The translations under genes and the position numbers were made by a program. From positions 43,338,001-43,402,000 of the forward strand of contig OZ024750.1 of NCBI GenBank assembly GCA_964016885.1: a stretch of DNA of 64,000 bases. The letters are read 5' to 3'. Each line of letters opens with the position of its first letter. The first letter of the stretch is position 1. Shown here one piece after another: positions 44,465 through 59,254 of the stretch. The notes beneath the pieces were generated by a model that saw only the letters and a program-made list of their open reading frames with translations, had not been told where the DNA came from and ran no database searches. Source of the stretch: Eledone cirrhosa. Its lineage: Eukaryota.

Positions 44465-44854
44465 CTAATAAAAATAATAATAATAATAATAATAATAATA
44501 ATTCTGTAAGAGTGGATTTCATTCAACAGGTTTTGTGTTATTTTAATAATCCGATGAAATGGAAACAGGATTGTGGTTTTCATTATAAATATAAATAAAT
44601 ATAGATAAGGTAAATAGATAGATAAGGTAAATAGAGAGATAAGGTAAATAGAGAGATGAGATAAATAAATAAATACAAATATATTTAAAAGGACGACAAG
44701 AAATATGATGTCTCTAGTTTCTGGTTTCAATTTCCACCTGGATCAGTTAGTTTATTTTTATTTTATTTTATTTTATTTTATTTTATTTTAAGTTAATCTT
44801 CTGAATAGATTAATAATGTCAATCGGATTTTCCAGTTTGACTGAGTCATGCAAC

Positions 44855-44898
44855 AGCCAGCAGCAGCAGCAGCTAGTAGCAGCAGTAGCAGCGTTAGA

Positions 44899-44939
<41 letters not shown>

Positions 44940-45715
44940 TAACAGTAGCAGCAGTTGTAACAAAACACTCACATTACCATATTACCACTACAACCATCAT
45001 TAAAATCGCTCCCCTTCATCCGCAGCAGCAGTAGCAGCAGCAGAGCAGCAGAGCAGCAGAGCAGCAGCAGCAAAGCAGCACCACCACCACCTCCATCATC
45101 ATCACCTCCATCAACACTACTACAACCACTGCTAACAACACCAGCACCAAAACCACAATCACTAACACAGCCACCACCATCCCCTACAACCACCATAACA
45201 ATCACCACCACCAGCATCACGATTACCACCACCACCACCAACACCACCACAATCACCACCATCACCACCAAAACCGTCCCCACCATCCCCACCATCCCCA
45301 CCACCACCACCACCTTCATCACCACCACAACCACCATCACCATCACCTCCAACAACACCATCATCACCACCACCACCATCACCACCAACACCATCACCAC
45401 CACCTTCATCACCACCACAACCACCATCACCATCACCTCCAACAACACCATCATCACCACCACCACCAACACCACCACCACCACCTTCATCACCACCACA
45501 ACCACCATCACCATCACCTCCAACAACACCATCACCACCACCACCACCACCACCACCATCACCACCACCACCACCACCACCACAACCACCAACAACATCA
45601 CCACCACCACTATCATCACCACCACCACCACCACCTTCATCACCACCACAACCACCATCACCATCACCTCCAACAACACCATCATCACCACCACCACCAC
45701 AACCACCACCACCAT
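44855..45715. repeat. (CAG)n then (ACC/ATC)n compound triplet repeat
   Basis: Directly visible, with repeated ccttcatcaccaccacaaccaccatcaccatcacctccaacaacacc blocks. Confidence 0.9.
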
Positions 45716-45786
45716 CTTCATTACCTTTATTGCAAATGTTATGAAGATGTAACACTTCGTCCATTTTATTATTATTATTAGTATTA

Positions 45787-45892
45787 AATCCCGCCGAGGT
45801 TAACTTTGCCTTTCATCCTTACGGGGTCGATAAAATAAAGTACCAGTAATACACGGGGTAATTTGCTGGCCTTGTGCCAAAAGTAGAAACAA
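45787..45892 (+). mobile_element. 5'-truncated SINE with 16-bp TSD
   Basis: attattattagtatta on both sides. Confidence 0.82.
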
Positions 45893-46016
45893 TTATTATT
45901 AGTATTACACTCTGTTTAGTACAACACTAGTATACCTACTGAAGACTACGTATCACTTCTCACTTTGGTGAACCTACAGTAACTGGACGTTTCAATCACT
46001 ATATATAAAAGGATCG

Positions 46017-46222
46017 ATCGACTTTCGTCTAATCGGACCGAGGTAACAATGATTCCATTGGTCTTTCCAATTGCTAATACTATCTATCGGTCGCAACTCC
46101 AGGTAGAAGGAACAACGTGAAATAAAGTGTCTTGCTCAAGGACATAACGCATCGCCCGGTCCAGGAATTGAACTCACAACCTCAAGATTGTGAATCCAAT
46201 TCTCTATCCACTCAGCCACACG

Positions 46223-46224
<2 letters not shown>
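46017..46224 (-). mobile_element. tRNA-derived CORE-like SINE
   Basis: Similar to 14897..15108. Confidence 0.75.
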
Positions 46225-46302
<78 letters not shown>

Positions 46303-46307
<5 letters not shown>

Positions 46308-46467
46308 AACGAGTAGGACCCCGACGGCTGAGCTCAAGCCGTTTCGACGAAACGGCTTGAGCTCAGCCGTCGGGATCCTACTCGTTCCTATTACCCACTC
46401 TACTACCCTAAGTATTGAGTACTTTGGTGCGTTATGGTCCACCTGGTTCCTTACCACATTTCCTTCG

Positions 46468-46469
<2 letters not shown>
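46303..46469 (+). mobile_element. Fold-back element, family A
   Basis: Near-perfect palindrome 46303..46391 centred on tttcgacgaaa, plus a 3' tail; TA flanks. Confidence 0.78.
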
Positions 46470-46543
<74 letters not shown>

Positions 46544-46603
46544 TTCGTCTTTGAATTGGTCTTGCAAGATTCCTTATCAGAAAACGTGTGTTGAAACAGG
46601 TAT

Positions 46604-46773
46604 TGTTATACTTTGGGAGGGTCATGCTGCCAATAAAAACACACGGACCTGTTGGTTTTTCACTTCAATTTATTATAAGTTCGCAACCAATCGGAAATTT
46701 ATAATAAATTGGGGTGAAAACCAACAGGTGCGTGTATTTTATTGACAGCATGGCTCTCCCAAAGTATAATAAT
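46604..46773. repeat. Imperfect fold-back (~75-bp arms) in TA context
   Basis: ttatactttggga...ttattataa / ttataataa...tcccaaagtataa; single-arm relative at 10265-10345. Confidence 0.75.
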
Positions 46774-47498
46774 ATATATATATATGAATAACATTAGTCC
46801 TTCATCAGTGATCTTCCAACCTTCATTGGTATTTCATCGCTTTAAAAATCATATACCTTTGGTTGGTGCGAGCATAACGAAATAAATTATTGGGACAAGT
46901 AAAATAGCGTGAAGCGAGCGAGACATGTAAACAAACAAAGATGGTATTGCAACAGAAAGATAGGAAGAGACAAATACATGATATCTATAAACTTAAGCTT
47001 GTTGAATTCATGGACGAGAGATACAGACCATCCGACATGGGTGAGATGTGAGCGAGAAAAGGATTTCACACAGGTCAAACGGGAGGAAGTGAGAGAGGGG
47101 GAGAAGCAGAGAGTGAGTAAGTGGAAGTGTGAGGAAGAGGCCAGCCGAGAGAGAGTGTGATTGGCAGAGGAGGTAAAAAGAAGGTGAGAGATACAGAGAG
47201 AGGGGAAGCAGTAAGAAAGAAACAGACAATCGCAGCTGAGGAAAAATATAAATATAAGAAAAAATGGAGTGATGCGTGGTTGCACATGTATATATCATCA
47301 GGTAAAATACAAAGTTTGTTTTATAAATATTGACATATCCAGGAACGAGATCTTAACGGTTCAAGTTTTACCTGGATAGTCATTGATATTATACTCCAGA
47401 AAACTGTCGAGTGCTTCGAATCAGTTATAAATATAAATATTTGTTGAATTACCAACAAATTAAATATCCCTTTGCTTATATATATATATATATATATA

Positions 47499-47607
47499 TA
47501 GATAAATCTACCAAAAGTTTACGGTAGTGTTAGAAACGATCGTAAAATGATGAATTTTTTTAATATAAGGAACTGTTTCTTTGTTTATTCATTATTTTAT
47601 TAATTTA
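47499..47607. mobile_element. Tiny two-arm fragment of the giant PLE family
   Basis: tagataaatctacca.agtttacggtagtgt matches 15214-15245; joined to the opposite-strand piece tagaaacgatcgtaaaatgatgaa (3' half of the hammerhead). Confidence 0.78.
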
Positions 47608-47621
47608 TATATATATATATA

Positions 47622-47930
47622 TATTTATTAAAATAACAGATTAAAGTTTAAGCAAAGAATCGCTGCTTTCACTCTTAACGGGATCTTCTGGTGGTGATGG
47701 TGATGGTGGTGGCGGTGTAGTTATTGGGTCATTCATAGTGGGGGGGGGGGGGGGGGGGGGTAGTGGAGTTTCAGAAGATCCGGTTAAGGGTGAAAGCAGC
47801 GATTCTTTGCTTAAACTTTAATCTGTTATTTTAATAAATATTTGCTCTACGGTTCTTATATATATGTGATATATATTTATCCTTATCGAGTCCTCTTTGG
47901 ATTTTAGTTTTCAAATTTATTATTATTACT
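47622..47930. mobile_element. Fold-back element with ~68-bp arms and G-rich spacer
   Basis: atttattaaaataacaga...gatcttctg / cagaagatc...tctgttattttaataaat. Confidence 0.72.
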
Positions 47931-47956
47931 ATATATATATATATACAATATATTAA

Positions 47957-48134
47957 TTGTTTCTACATTTGGCACAAGGCCAGCAATTACCAGTACATTA
48001 CTGGTAGTTTATTTTATCGACCCCGTAAGGATGAAAGGCAAAGTTAACCTCGGCGGGATTTGAACTCAGACTGTAAAGGGACGTAACTATGCTAGAAAGC
48101 ATGGCTTCCAACCCTCTACCGATACTGCCAATCC
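47957..48134 (-). mobile_element. tRNA-derived SINE
   Basis: Family match. Confidence 0.85.
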
Positions 48135-48174
48135 ATATATTAATAAATGGAAACTATATTTATAAAACCATATT

Positions 48175-48237
48175 TATTTCATTATACATATTTCAAGGAC
48201 ACCAAAGCAAATTATGGTGCGCTTTCATCAGATAAAT
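48175..48237 (-). ncRNA. Type I hammerhead within palindrome 48135..48315 (same family as 41187)
   Basis: UUUAU-CUGAUGA-AAGCGCACCA...UGGUGUCCUU-GAAA-UAUGUA-UA-AUGAAAUA. Confidence 0.7.
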
Positions 48238-48405
48238 AATTTGCTTTGGTGTCCTTGAAATATGTATAATGAAATAAATATGGTTTTATAAATATAGTTC
48301 CATTTATTAATATATTGTATTTTGACTCCAAAAATTTGTTGAGTGCTTTATATCAGTTATAAAAATATTTGCTTGTTGTATCCCAACAAATTAGATATAA
48401 CTTCT

Positions 48406-48503
<98 letters not shown>

Positions 48504-49596
48504 ATATATATATATACATGTATATATATATATACATATATATATATTGTTTATTTAATGTTGATGTTGGTGATGTTGTAAATGTTGCAAATGTTGATGC
48601 CCAACTCAGGTGAATGGACTGTCTTGGATTACAGTCCCTGCTTAAAAGATTTAATTATCCTTGATGTTAAAAATCAATAAAGATGAACAATAACTAAAGG
48701 TTAGACAGATTGTGTGACGCTCCACTTCTTATAATCTGTAATATATAGCCTCAGATAAACTTGTCCATGTCCTCAGTGTTCGTTCCAAAGGATTAACTAG
48801 CTTTATCCGATAGATATCGATTAGAGGGAAAAAGAAAGATGTAGAAAAAGGAAATGCAAACATAAACATACGTACATATATATACATACACATATATACA
48901 TACATACATACATACATACATACATACATACATACATACATACATACACATACATGCATACATACACACACATATATACATACATACATACATGCATACA
49001 TACATATATTTGCATACATATATACATACATGCATACATACACACACACACATATATACATACATCTATCCATACATACATACACATATATACATACATA
49101 CATCCATACATACATACATACATACATTCATATATACATGCATATATACATACATATATAAATAAATACACTCATACATAAATACATACACACATACATA
49201 CTTTCATACATACATGCATACATATACAAATACATAAATACATAAATATATAAATACATAAATACATACATACACATATATATATATATACATATATACA
49301 TATATACATACATACATACATACATACATTCAAACATATAGTTATATAAATAAATGAATACATACACGCATATATACGCATACATATATATATATATACA
49401 CACACATAAATAAATGCAGACGTATACATACATGCACTCACATACATATACACATACATCGATACTTAGATAAATATATACAGACATATACATACACACA
49501 CACTAACATGTCTCCAAAATGGCTGACTGAATACGAAAATTAAAGTTTTTGCTCCGAGATGGCTGTATATATATAAGTATGTGTATTATATATATC

Positions 49597-49889
49597 GTAT
49601 GTTTACGAATAAACATTTGAATTTTGGAAGTTGATGCAACAGCTGCATATGCAAATGAGGTTAATCAGCCCATGTATTTAGGCGGAAAAACCATATATTT
49701 TTGCCTAGATTGGATTTCAGCAGAGACCAGGGTAGAGTGAGCACAGTCTTGATAACGATGATCAGTTAGAAACGGTAGTCGGCGGTGGTTAATCTCCCCT
49801 GCTTCAGCTGGAAGTCGATAGATGGCGCCAGCCATCACCTTCCAAAATCCATAGCTAAATAGCCTTCAAATGTTTATTCGTAAACATAC
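49597..49889. mobile_element. Element with terminal inverted repeat of at least 25 bp
   Basis: gtatgtttacgaataaacatttgaa / ttcaaatgtttattcgtaaacatac; inner ttttggaag/cttccaaaa also inverted. Confidence 0.6.
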
Positions 49890-50560
49890 CGTATATCATA
49901 TAAATCGAAGGAAAAACATTTTCAGCGGGGCTTTGTGCCTCCGGGGAACTCTAATAGGGGGTTTAACCCCCATTAGGGTGTCTTAATATAATTGAAATTT
50001 ACTGAAATTTTGTGAGTAGGCATCATATCATTTAATTTACCTATGGTTTAAATTTCATATGAATTGAAAGGAAAAGATTTTCAGCGGGGCTTTTCAGCAG
50101 GGCTTTGTGCCCCGCGTGGAACCCTTTGATTAAAATGAAATATACTTAACCAAGTACCCTTGTCAATGTAGTCTCAGAATATATATGGTTATAGGGGTCT
50201 ATCTCCAAAACCATAGAAGTAGTTCGTGAACAAACAAAAAAACGACAGGAATACAACTTTATATTATATGATCGATTGGTTATTGATTAGGCGATACACG
50301 TTGATGAAGCCACATGTGCCGATTATGCATAGTTGCATAATATATGCAGACAGAGGGTGCAGTGAACCCTACTGCTGCATTAAGTATGGGCGGAACTCGA
50401 GTCGGGGAACTACTATAGGCACCCGTTTTCGTGTGTTGTATTGAAGCGAATAACTATGTGTATATTCTGGGAATGTATTCTACATTACCTATTGAGTACG
50501 CTGGATACACCCGGTCCTGGCATTGATATGCTGGGTCCGTCAACTCCTTATATATATAAT

Positions 50561-50640
<80 letters not shown>

Positions 50641-50971
50641 TAAAAGGGGGAGAAAAGAAACCCACACCACAGACATGTTAAATCCCTATATATAGAACAA
50701 CACACCACATACACATCAGTTTGACAAGCGCACCTCAGCGTGAAAGGTTTTTCTAAAAACGAAACAATACCTCCTACGTTAACTAAGAACTCCTAAGACC
50801 TAACCAACAACCAACAACTTAATTTATAAAAAAACTTTTTTAGGAAAAATTCTTTTAAAATTTTGTGAAGAAAATAAATTTGTTGAAAGCACAAGTGAAG
50901 CCATTTTTTCTTCCCCCCTGTCTTAATATACCTAACTGTACCAAGGACTGTACCAAGGATTACACCCATTT

Positions 50972-51014
<43 letters not shown>

Positions 51015-51312
51015 TAAAAATTAGCGAGAATTGAATTTCAGCCCATGAAATAACGAGAAAACACTTTCGAATTGTGAGGCATGCGCTCAATAATTCAAAT
51101 GTATTAGAGCTTACAACTTACGTTAAAGGCCAAACACACTGAGATGGTGGTTAAACTAATCATCCACACAGCGAAAATTCGATCTCCTATTTCGGGTCAA
51201 ACAGATATACAGATATAAAAATATATGAAAATATACCTGTTTGATACTCAATATATATATATATATATTAATTCAAAATATTAACAAAAATAGACATTCG
51301 TGTGATCAAGTA

Positions 51313-51379
51313 TATTTTATTATACATATTTCAGAGGTACTGAGGTATCTTCAACAGTACGTCCTCATCAGATAAAATA
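51313..51379 (-). ncRNA. Type I hammerhead within fold-back 51270..51509
   Basis: UAUUUUAU-CUGAUGA-GGAC-GUACUG...CAGUAC-CUCU-GAAA-UAUGUA-UA-AUAAAAUA. Confidence 0.75.
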
Positions 51380-51697
51380 AGATGATGCATGACAAACCCT
51401 GACTAAGTAGATGGTTAAAATTCAGTCATGCCATGACCTCTGAAATATGTATAATAAAATATACGTGATCACACGAATGTCTATTTTTGATAATATTTTG
51501 AATTAATATTAATAACTCCAGAAAACCATTCCAGTGGAGTGCTTCTAATCTATTGTAAAACTTATTCTTTGATTTATTCATTGAACCTTGTTTAACCTTT
51601 AAATATATATATATATATATATATAGTGAAAACTTGGACGGGAACAAAAACAGACAGGCAGACAAATAAATTTTTTTATATATATATATATATATAT

Positions 51698-51782
51698 AAC
51701 GAAGGAATTGTGGTAAGGAACAGTCTAGAAATAGTCGTCGAAACGGCTTGAGCTCTGCCGTCGGGGTCATACTTTTTCCTAT
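51698..51782. mobile_element. Two-arm fragment, family A
   Basis: Reverse-complemented 3' tip (ataacgaaggaattgtggtaaggaac) fused to a + arm ending tttttcctat. Confidence 0.72.
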
Positions 51783-51824
51783 ATATATATATATATTTTT
51801 GCTCACATTAATTTCTCTATTTTC

Positions 51825-51879
<55 letters not shown>

Positions 51880-52124
51880 TATATACTTACATAATAATGG
51901 TTTCTTATTTAGTCACTAGCTCAACAATTTTCGGGGGAAGGGAAAGTTGATTAAATCAGCCCTAGTGCATGACTGGTACTTTATTTTATCGACCCCGTAA
52001 GGATGAGTGGCAAAGCTGTTCCTCGGCGGGATTTGAACTTGAAACGCCAAGGGACGTATCTATATGACGCAAAACATATTGTCAAACGCTCCTCCGATTC
52101 TGCCAATCCACAACCCTACCTCCA

Positions 52125-52907
52125 CCAATAATAATAATAATAGTTATAATAATAATAACAATACAATTAATGGTGATGAGAACAGGAACAACAACAACAA
52201 CAACAACAACAACGATACTAGTGCAAACAGCAACAATAATAACATCCACAACCGCAACAACAGCAACAAGAACAACTACTATGACAACAATGGCAATATC
52301 AACAACAACAACAATGACAACAGCAACATCAGTCAATCAAAGCGACAACTGTAACAACAACAGCAAGGACAGCAGCAGCAGCAACAACAATGGCAACAGC
52401 AACAGCCACAACAACAACAACAACAACAACAGCAGCAGCAACAACATCAAATCAGAACAGCCCCCCCCCCACTACCACCACAACAAAAATGACAACAACA
52501 GCAGCAACAACAACATCAAATCAGAACAGCGACCAGCACCACCACAACCACCACTACCACCACCACTACCATCACCACCACCACCACTACCACCACCACT
52601 ACTACCACTACCACCACCACTACCATCACCACCACCACTACAACCACCACCACTACCACCACTATCACCACCACTACCATCACTACCACCACCACTACCA
52701 TCACCACTACCACCACCACCGCCACCACTACCACCACCACTATCATCACCACCACTACCACCACCACTACGACCACCACCACTACCACCACCACCACCAC
52801 TACCACCACCACCACCACCACTACCACCACCACCACCACCACTACCATCACCACCACCAGTACCACTACCACCACCACGACCACCACCACCACGACAACA
52901 ACAACAA

Positions 52908-52940
<33 letters not shown>

Positions 52941-52945
52941 GGACA
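52125..52945. repeat. (AAC)n/(ACC/ACT)n triplet repeats
   Basis: Directly visible. Confidence 0.9.
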
Positions 52946-53788
52946 ATAATATTGCTACCATAAACAAACGCACTCAATGACATTTAGGCAATGAGAAAGT
53001 ACAACAATACGAAACGTCAGCTTTAGGTGCAGCCATTTCCTCACACCTACAACAGTCACGCAACACACTTTATTAGGTCTAATATCTTTCTAGCCAGTAA
53101 TAGTAGCTTTTCACTGTTACAATGACGAACCTTACAACAGTTTCGTTTAAAATGGACTCCTTAGTTAGCTTACATTGTACAGTAGTAGTAATAGCGCCAT
53201 TGTTGCTGTGATTATTGCTGTTGTTATTGTTGCTGTTATTGTTGTTATTGTTGTTGTTATTGTTGTTGTTGTTGCTGCTATTGTTGATGTTGTTGTTGAT
53301 ATTGTTGTTGTCACTGCTGTTATTATTGGTTATTGTTGTTGTTGTTGATATTGTTGTTGTCAATGCTGTTATTATTGCTGTTATTATTGTTGTAGTTGTT
53401 GTCACTGCTGTTATTGTTGTTGTAGTTATTGCTTGTTATTGTTGATGTTATTATTGTTGTTGTTATTGTTGCTGTTGTTATTGTTGCTGTCATTATTGTT
53501 GTTGTTGGTGTTATTATTGTTGTTGTTATTGTTGCTGTTATTGTTATTGTTGCTGTTGTTGTTATTGTTGCTGTTGTTGTTATTGTTGTCATTATTGTTG
53601 TTGTTATTGTTGTTGCTGTTGTTGTTATTGTTGTTGTCATTATTATTTCGGTGCAGGGATGCGGCGTCTATCATTTTTGATGAATAAATATTAAATAAAG
53701 ATTAACAGCTGTTGTCCAAAGGTCAAAGTATATATATGTGTGTATATATATATATATATACACACATATATATACGTATATATGTATG

Positions 53789-53820
<32 letters not shown>

Positions 53821-54057
53821 TATATGTATACACTATATATTATATATATATACACACACACATATATATATAGTGTATACATATATATATTCATATACAT
53901 ATATTCATATTTATATGTATATATACGTATATATTTGTATATATATGTACATATATGTGTATATATATGTACATATATGTATATATATATATATATAAGT
54001 GTATAAATATGTATGTATATGTATATATATATATTTATATATACATATATATATATT

Positions 54058-54089
<32 letters not shown>

Positions 54090-54268
54090 CGTATAGTGTG
54101 CATGTTATTCATAGACATATGTATGGAAAAATATGTATATTTTTATGAATGTTTTGTTATATATATATGGGATATTTATAATAAAGTGTACACATGTTTA
54201 CACACATGTAAATACACACACACGTATATATACATGCTACATACACGCCTGTATATATACATACACAT

Positions 54269-54299
<31 letters not shown>

Positions 54300-54324
54300 C
54301 ATAAATATATACATAAACATACCC

Positions 54325-54385
<61 letters not shown>

Positions 54386-54468
54386 TACACATATATATAT
54401 ATGTATATATATATATATACATAAATATATACATAAACATACCCATATACATATACATAAACATACCC

Positions 54469-54503
<35 letters not shown>

Positions 54504-54675
54504 AATATACATATATATGTATATATATATGTACATATATATATGCATATATATATACACAGAAACATATATATGTATATATATATATGTACATATATAT
54601 ATGCATATATATATACATATACATATATATATGTATATATATATGTACATATATACATGCATATATATATATATA

Positions 54676-54735
<60 letters not shown>

Positions 54736-54976
54736 TACACAATTGTAAATGTATGTTTATTGAAGAGGAATGTATAGGTAAATAAGTTACTATAGAGAAA
54801 TCCTCAGGATGTATATATGTCGGCTGCACGTGTGGTTGTTCGTTGGTATGTAGATCTGGGGAAATGGTGTATAGTGAATTATATACTGTAACAGGACGTA
54901 GATGACATTAATGTGTACCCTGCCGCATTAACATCCTCAAACAGATGTATATATATATATATATATATATACATAT

Positions 54977-55009
<33 letters not shown>

Positions 55010-55038
55010 CATATATACATACTTACATATATACATAC

Positions 55039-55071
<33 letters not shown>

Positions 55072-55094
55072 CACATATATATATGCATACATAC

Positions 55095-55126
<32 letters not shown>

Positions 55127-55170
55127 ATATAACTGTATATATATATATATATACATTATATATTTATATA

Positions 55171-55215
<45 letters not shown>

Positions 55216-55221
55216 ATATAA

Positions 55222-55273
<52 letters not shown>

Positions 55274-55286
55274 TATATATATATAA

Positions 55287-55462
55287 TTGGCAGTATCGGT
55301 AGAGGGTCGGACGCCATGCTTTCCAGCATAGTTACGTCCCTTTACGGTCTGAGTTCAAATCCCGTCGAGGTTAACTTTGCCTTTCATCCTTACGGGGTCG
55401 ATAAAATAAAAGTACCAGTAATTACTGGGTAATTGCTGGCCTTGTGCCAAAAGTAGAAACAA
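55287..55462 (+). mobile_element. tRNA-derived SINE
   Basis: Family match, in a TA tract. Confidence 0.87.
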
Positions 55463-55490
55463 TTATATATATATAATGTATATATATATA

Positions 55491-55527
<37 letters not shown>

Positions 55528-55596
55528 TATGCAGATACATACACATATGCATATACATATATATATATACATATATACACAGACATACACATATAC

Positions 55597-55635
<39 letters not shown>

Positions 55636-55779
55636 CATATATATATACACACACACTCACGCACACATATATATAGTGAAGTGTTATATCAGATCTATTA
55701 TACACAATTGTAGCCGCTAACATCATTTGTTCGAATGTACATAGACACCTATTGAACAACACATATATATATATATACA

Positions 55780-55812
<33 letters not shown>

Positions 55813-56805
55813 TGTGTGTGTGTGTGTGTATACATACATTTGGCGTGATTGGAAGAAATATGAAAAAGCAATATATATATAATATATACGTACATATATA
55901 TAAATATATATATATATATATCTATATAGACATAATATACATACATATATCTAAATACATGCAAAACATACATAAATATATATATATAGATATAAATATA
56001 TATCTATATCTATATATATCACACACACACACATATATACATATATATATATATATACATACACACACACATTCATATATATATATACATACACACACAC
56101 ACACATTCATATATATATATATATATACATACACACACATATATATATATATATAAAACTAACATATATCATAGATTCATTTCTTCATTCATTGCTTCTT
56201 CACGAACGCAGAACATACTGAATAACCCGTGGAGTCGGGGTCATTATGCTGAGCAAAGGTTCAAAAGTGAAGATAATCAAACATAATTTAAAATATAATA
56301 TCTCTTTTCATTCACAAGTAGAATTTAATGTCGTAAGTTCAACCTCGCTCTTGGGGAAGAAACGACCAAATTAAAATAAACATTTGACTGGAAAAAATAA
56401 AGCCAAAATGTTAGAAAAATCCTATTTATGTAATATATCATATTTTGACGTCTCCTTAGAACTTCTCACAATTGCTTATTACCTCGATGGTAAAGATAGA
56501 GAGCTGAATGGAAAAGAGTGTAGACCATGTATGTGCTGTTTATGTTGAGATATATACACACTGTATGTAATATAACGTACGGTTGCATGTTTGTATCTGG
56601 AGATTTATACGTGTGTATGTATGTGTATGTATGTATGTATGTATGTATGTATGTATGTATGTATGTATGTATGTATGTATGTAGTTAGGCATGAATGCAT
56701 GTATATATACTAGTATATATACATTCATATATATATATATATATACGCACACACACACCCATATATATATATACAAGTATATATGCATACATAAATATAC
56801 ATATG

Positions 56806-56855
<50 letters not shown>

Positions 56856-56878
56856 TCTCTCTCTGTCTATATATATAT

Positions 56879-57071
56879 ATAGGAAAAAGTTTAACCCCGA
56901 CGGCAGAGCTCAAGCTGTTACGACGGCTATTTTAGTCCAGAAATAACCGTCGAAACGGCTTGAGCTCTGCCGTCGGGGTTACACTTTTTCCAATTACCCA
57001 CTCTACTATCCTAAATATTGAGTACTCTGGTGCGTTATGGTCCATCTGGTTCCCTACCACACCTCCTCCGT

Positions 57072-57072
<1 letters not shown>
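56879..57072 (+). mobile_element. Fold-back element, family A (longest copy)
   Basis: Palindrome 56881..56991 centred on hairpin gacggctattt/aaataaccgtc followed by GAAAC; 3' tail to TA tract. Confidence 0.78.
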
Positions 57073-57170
<98 letters not shown>

Positions 57171-58535
57171 GTGGTAGAAATCTTACAAATTAAAAAACGA
57201 AGTATATATATATATATTATATATATATAACAAAGAAAGTGTGGTAAGAAAAGAAGAAAGAAGAGAGAGAAAGAAAAGAAGAAGAGAGAGAAAAAAAAGA
57301 AAGAAGAGAGAGAAAGAAAGAAAGAAAAGAAGAAAGAACAGAGAGAAATAAATAAAAGAAGAAAGAAGAGAGAGAGAGAGAAAGAAAAGAAGAAAGAAGA
57401 GAGAGAAAGAAAGAAAAGAAGAAAGAAGAGAGAGAAAGAAAGAAAAGAAGAAAGAAGAGAGAGAAAGAAAGAAAAGAAGAAGAGAGAGAAATAAAAGAAG
57501 AAGAGAGAGAAAGAAAAGAAGAAAGAACAGAGAGAAAGAAAGAAACGAAGATGAGGGAGAAAGAAAGAAAAGAAGAAGAGAGAGAAAGAAAAGAAGAAAG
57601 AAGAGAGAGAGAGAGAGAAAGAAAAGAAGAAAGAAGAGAGAGAGAAAGAAAAGAAAAAGAGCGAGAAAGACAAGGAGACATAATTAAAGCTGTCCCTTCA
57701 TCAGGTGTTAATTACAACACGATCGAATGTTAATCCAACAGCTGTTCTGGTGTAAGAATGGCTGATGGTTGTGTGGTTAAGACACTCATTTCCTAAGTAG
57801 GTGGTCTCAATATCCACCTACTTAGGATGTTGGTATTTTGTTAGACGGAAACTATGTAGAAGCCCATCTAAGAATTGTTGTTCCCGATGTTGAGTAGTAG
57901 ACTTAATTCGTCGCCCAGTTTAACGTAACCACCCGGCCTTTATATGTCAACTACACCACCCGTTACCCGTTGTGTCACGTTAAAAATAATTTGTAAATAA
58001 TTAAAACAAATACAGACATGTATATAATGTGAAATGAAACTGGAAGGCCCATATATATATGTGCGTGTGTATGTATATATATATATGTACGTGTGTATAT
58101 ATATATAAATGTGTGTGTGTGTATACATATATATATATATGTGTGTGTATTTATATATGTGGGTGTTTGTGATCTACATTTACTGGTCATAGACACACAT
58201 ATACACACACATATATACACACAGACTCACATATTTATATACACAACAACACCACTAGCTCTCTCTTCCATTCTCTTTCTCTGTCTCCTCTCTATCTCTC
58301 CATGTCTCTCTCTCTCTCTCTCTCTGTTTATGAAGGTACCCGGAAAAACCCCATATCTCGGGAACCCGTTCTCCGATTTACGCGAAACATGTTTTATTCC
58401 ATTTGTATTCCCACTTCAGGGTCAACTTACTTTCAAAGTATTTTCCCATTATGCGCCCCTTTGGCTGTATTGAAACAGGCAGACAAGCAAGCAAGCAATC
58501 GTAGAGTTTTAGTAATATATATATATAGATATAAT

Positions 58536-58740
58536 GGTTTCTTATATAAGCACAAGGCCAGCAATTTGGGGGAGGGGAAAGTCGATTATATCGACCCCAG
58601 TGCGTGACTGGTACTTTATTTTATCGACCCAGTAAGGATGAAAGGCAAAGTTAACATCGGCAGGATTTGAACTCAGATCATAAATGGCCGTAACTCTATG
58701 CTGCAAAGCATGACGTCCGACCCTCTACGGATACTGCCAA
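58536..58740 (-). mobile_element. tRNA-derived SINE, long-tail subfamily
   Basis: Carries extra ggggaggggaaagtcgattatatcgaccccagt segment absent from the short-tail copies. Confidence 0.82.
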
Positions 58741-59075
58741 ATGATAACATTTTATCATGTAATGATAAAACCCTGTCTTTCTATCTGAGTTTAAATCACG
58801 GCTCAAAATTGCCTTTCATCCTTTCGAGGTCGATAAATTAATTACCAGTTCAATATTGAGATGGATTCTTCTATTTTCTTTCTTTCACTCTTTGTCTTTC
58901 TCTCTCCGTCTCCCGCCCTCTCTGTCTTCCTTTCCCCTTCTTTCTTCCTCTTTCACTCTCCTTCCTCTCGCACTCCCCTTCCTCCCATCTCCTTCCCCTC
59001 TCTCTATCTCCTTCAACCCATGTCACTCTCGATTCCCCCTCTCCTTCGAGAGGCCCCGAGCAGGATCATAAGTAA

Positions 59076-59254
59076 TTGTTTCTACTTTTGGCACAAGGCC
59101 AGCAATTACCCAGTGCATTACCGGTACTTTATTTTATCGACCCCGTAAGGATGAAAGGCAAAGTAAACCTCGGCGGGATTTGAACTCAGACTGTAAAGGG
59201 ACGTAACTAGGCTGGAAAGCATGGCGTCCGACCCTCTACGGATACTGCCAATCC
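59076..59254 (-). mobile_element. tRNA-derived SINE
   Basis: Family match; short TSD aagtaat. Confidence 0.87.

Noticed and set aside
47773-47810. CAGAAGA-stem-GAAA variant hammerhead in fold-back arm
   Set aside because: Could not form helix I or III
52170-52949. Pro/Gln/Asn-rich ORF with repeated IKSEQ
   Set aside because: Almost entirely triplet repeat, open in several frames, no domain evidence
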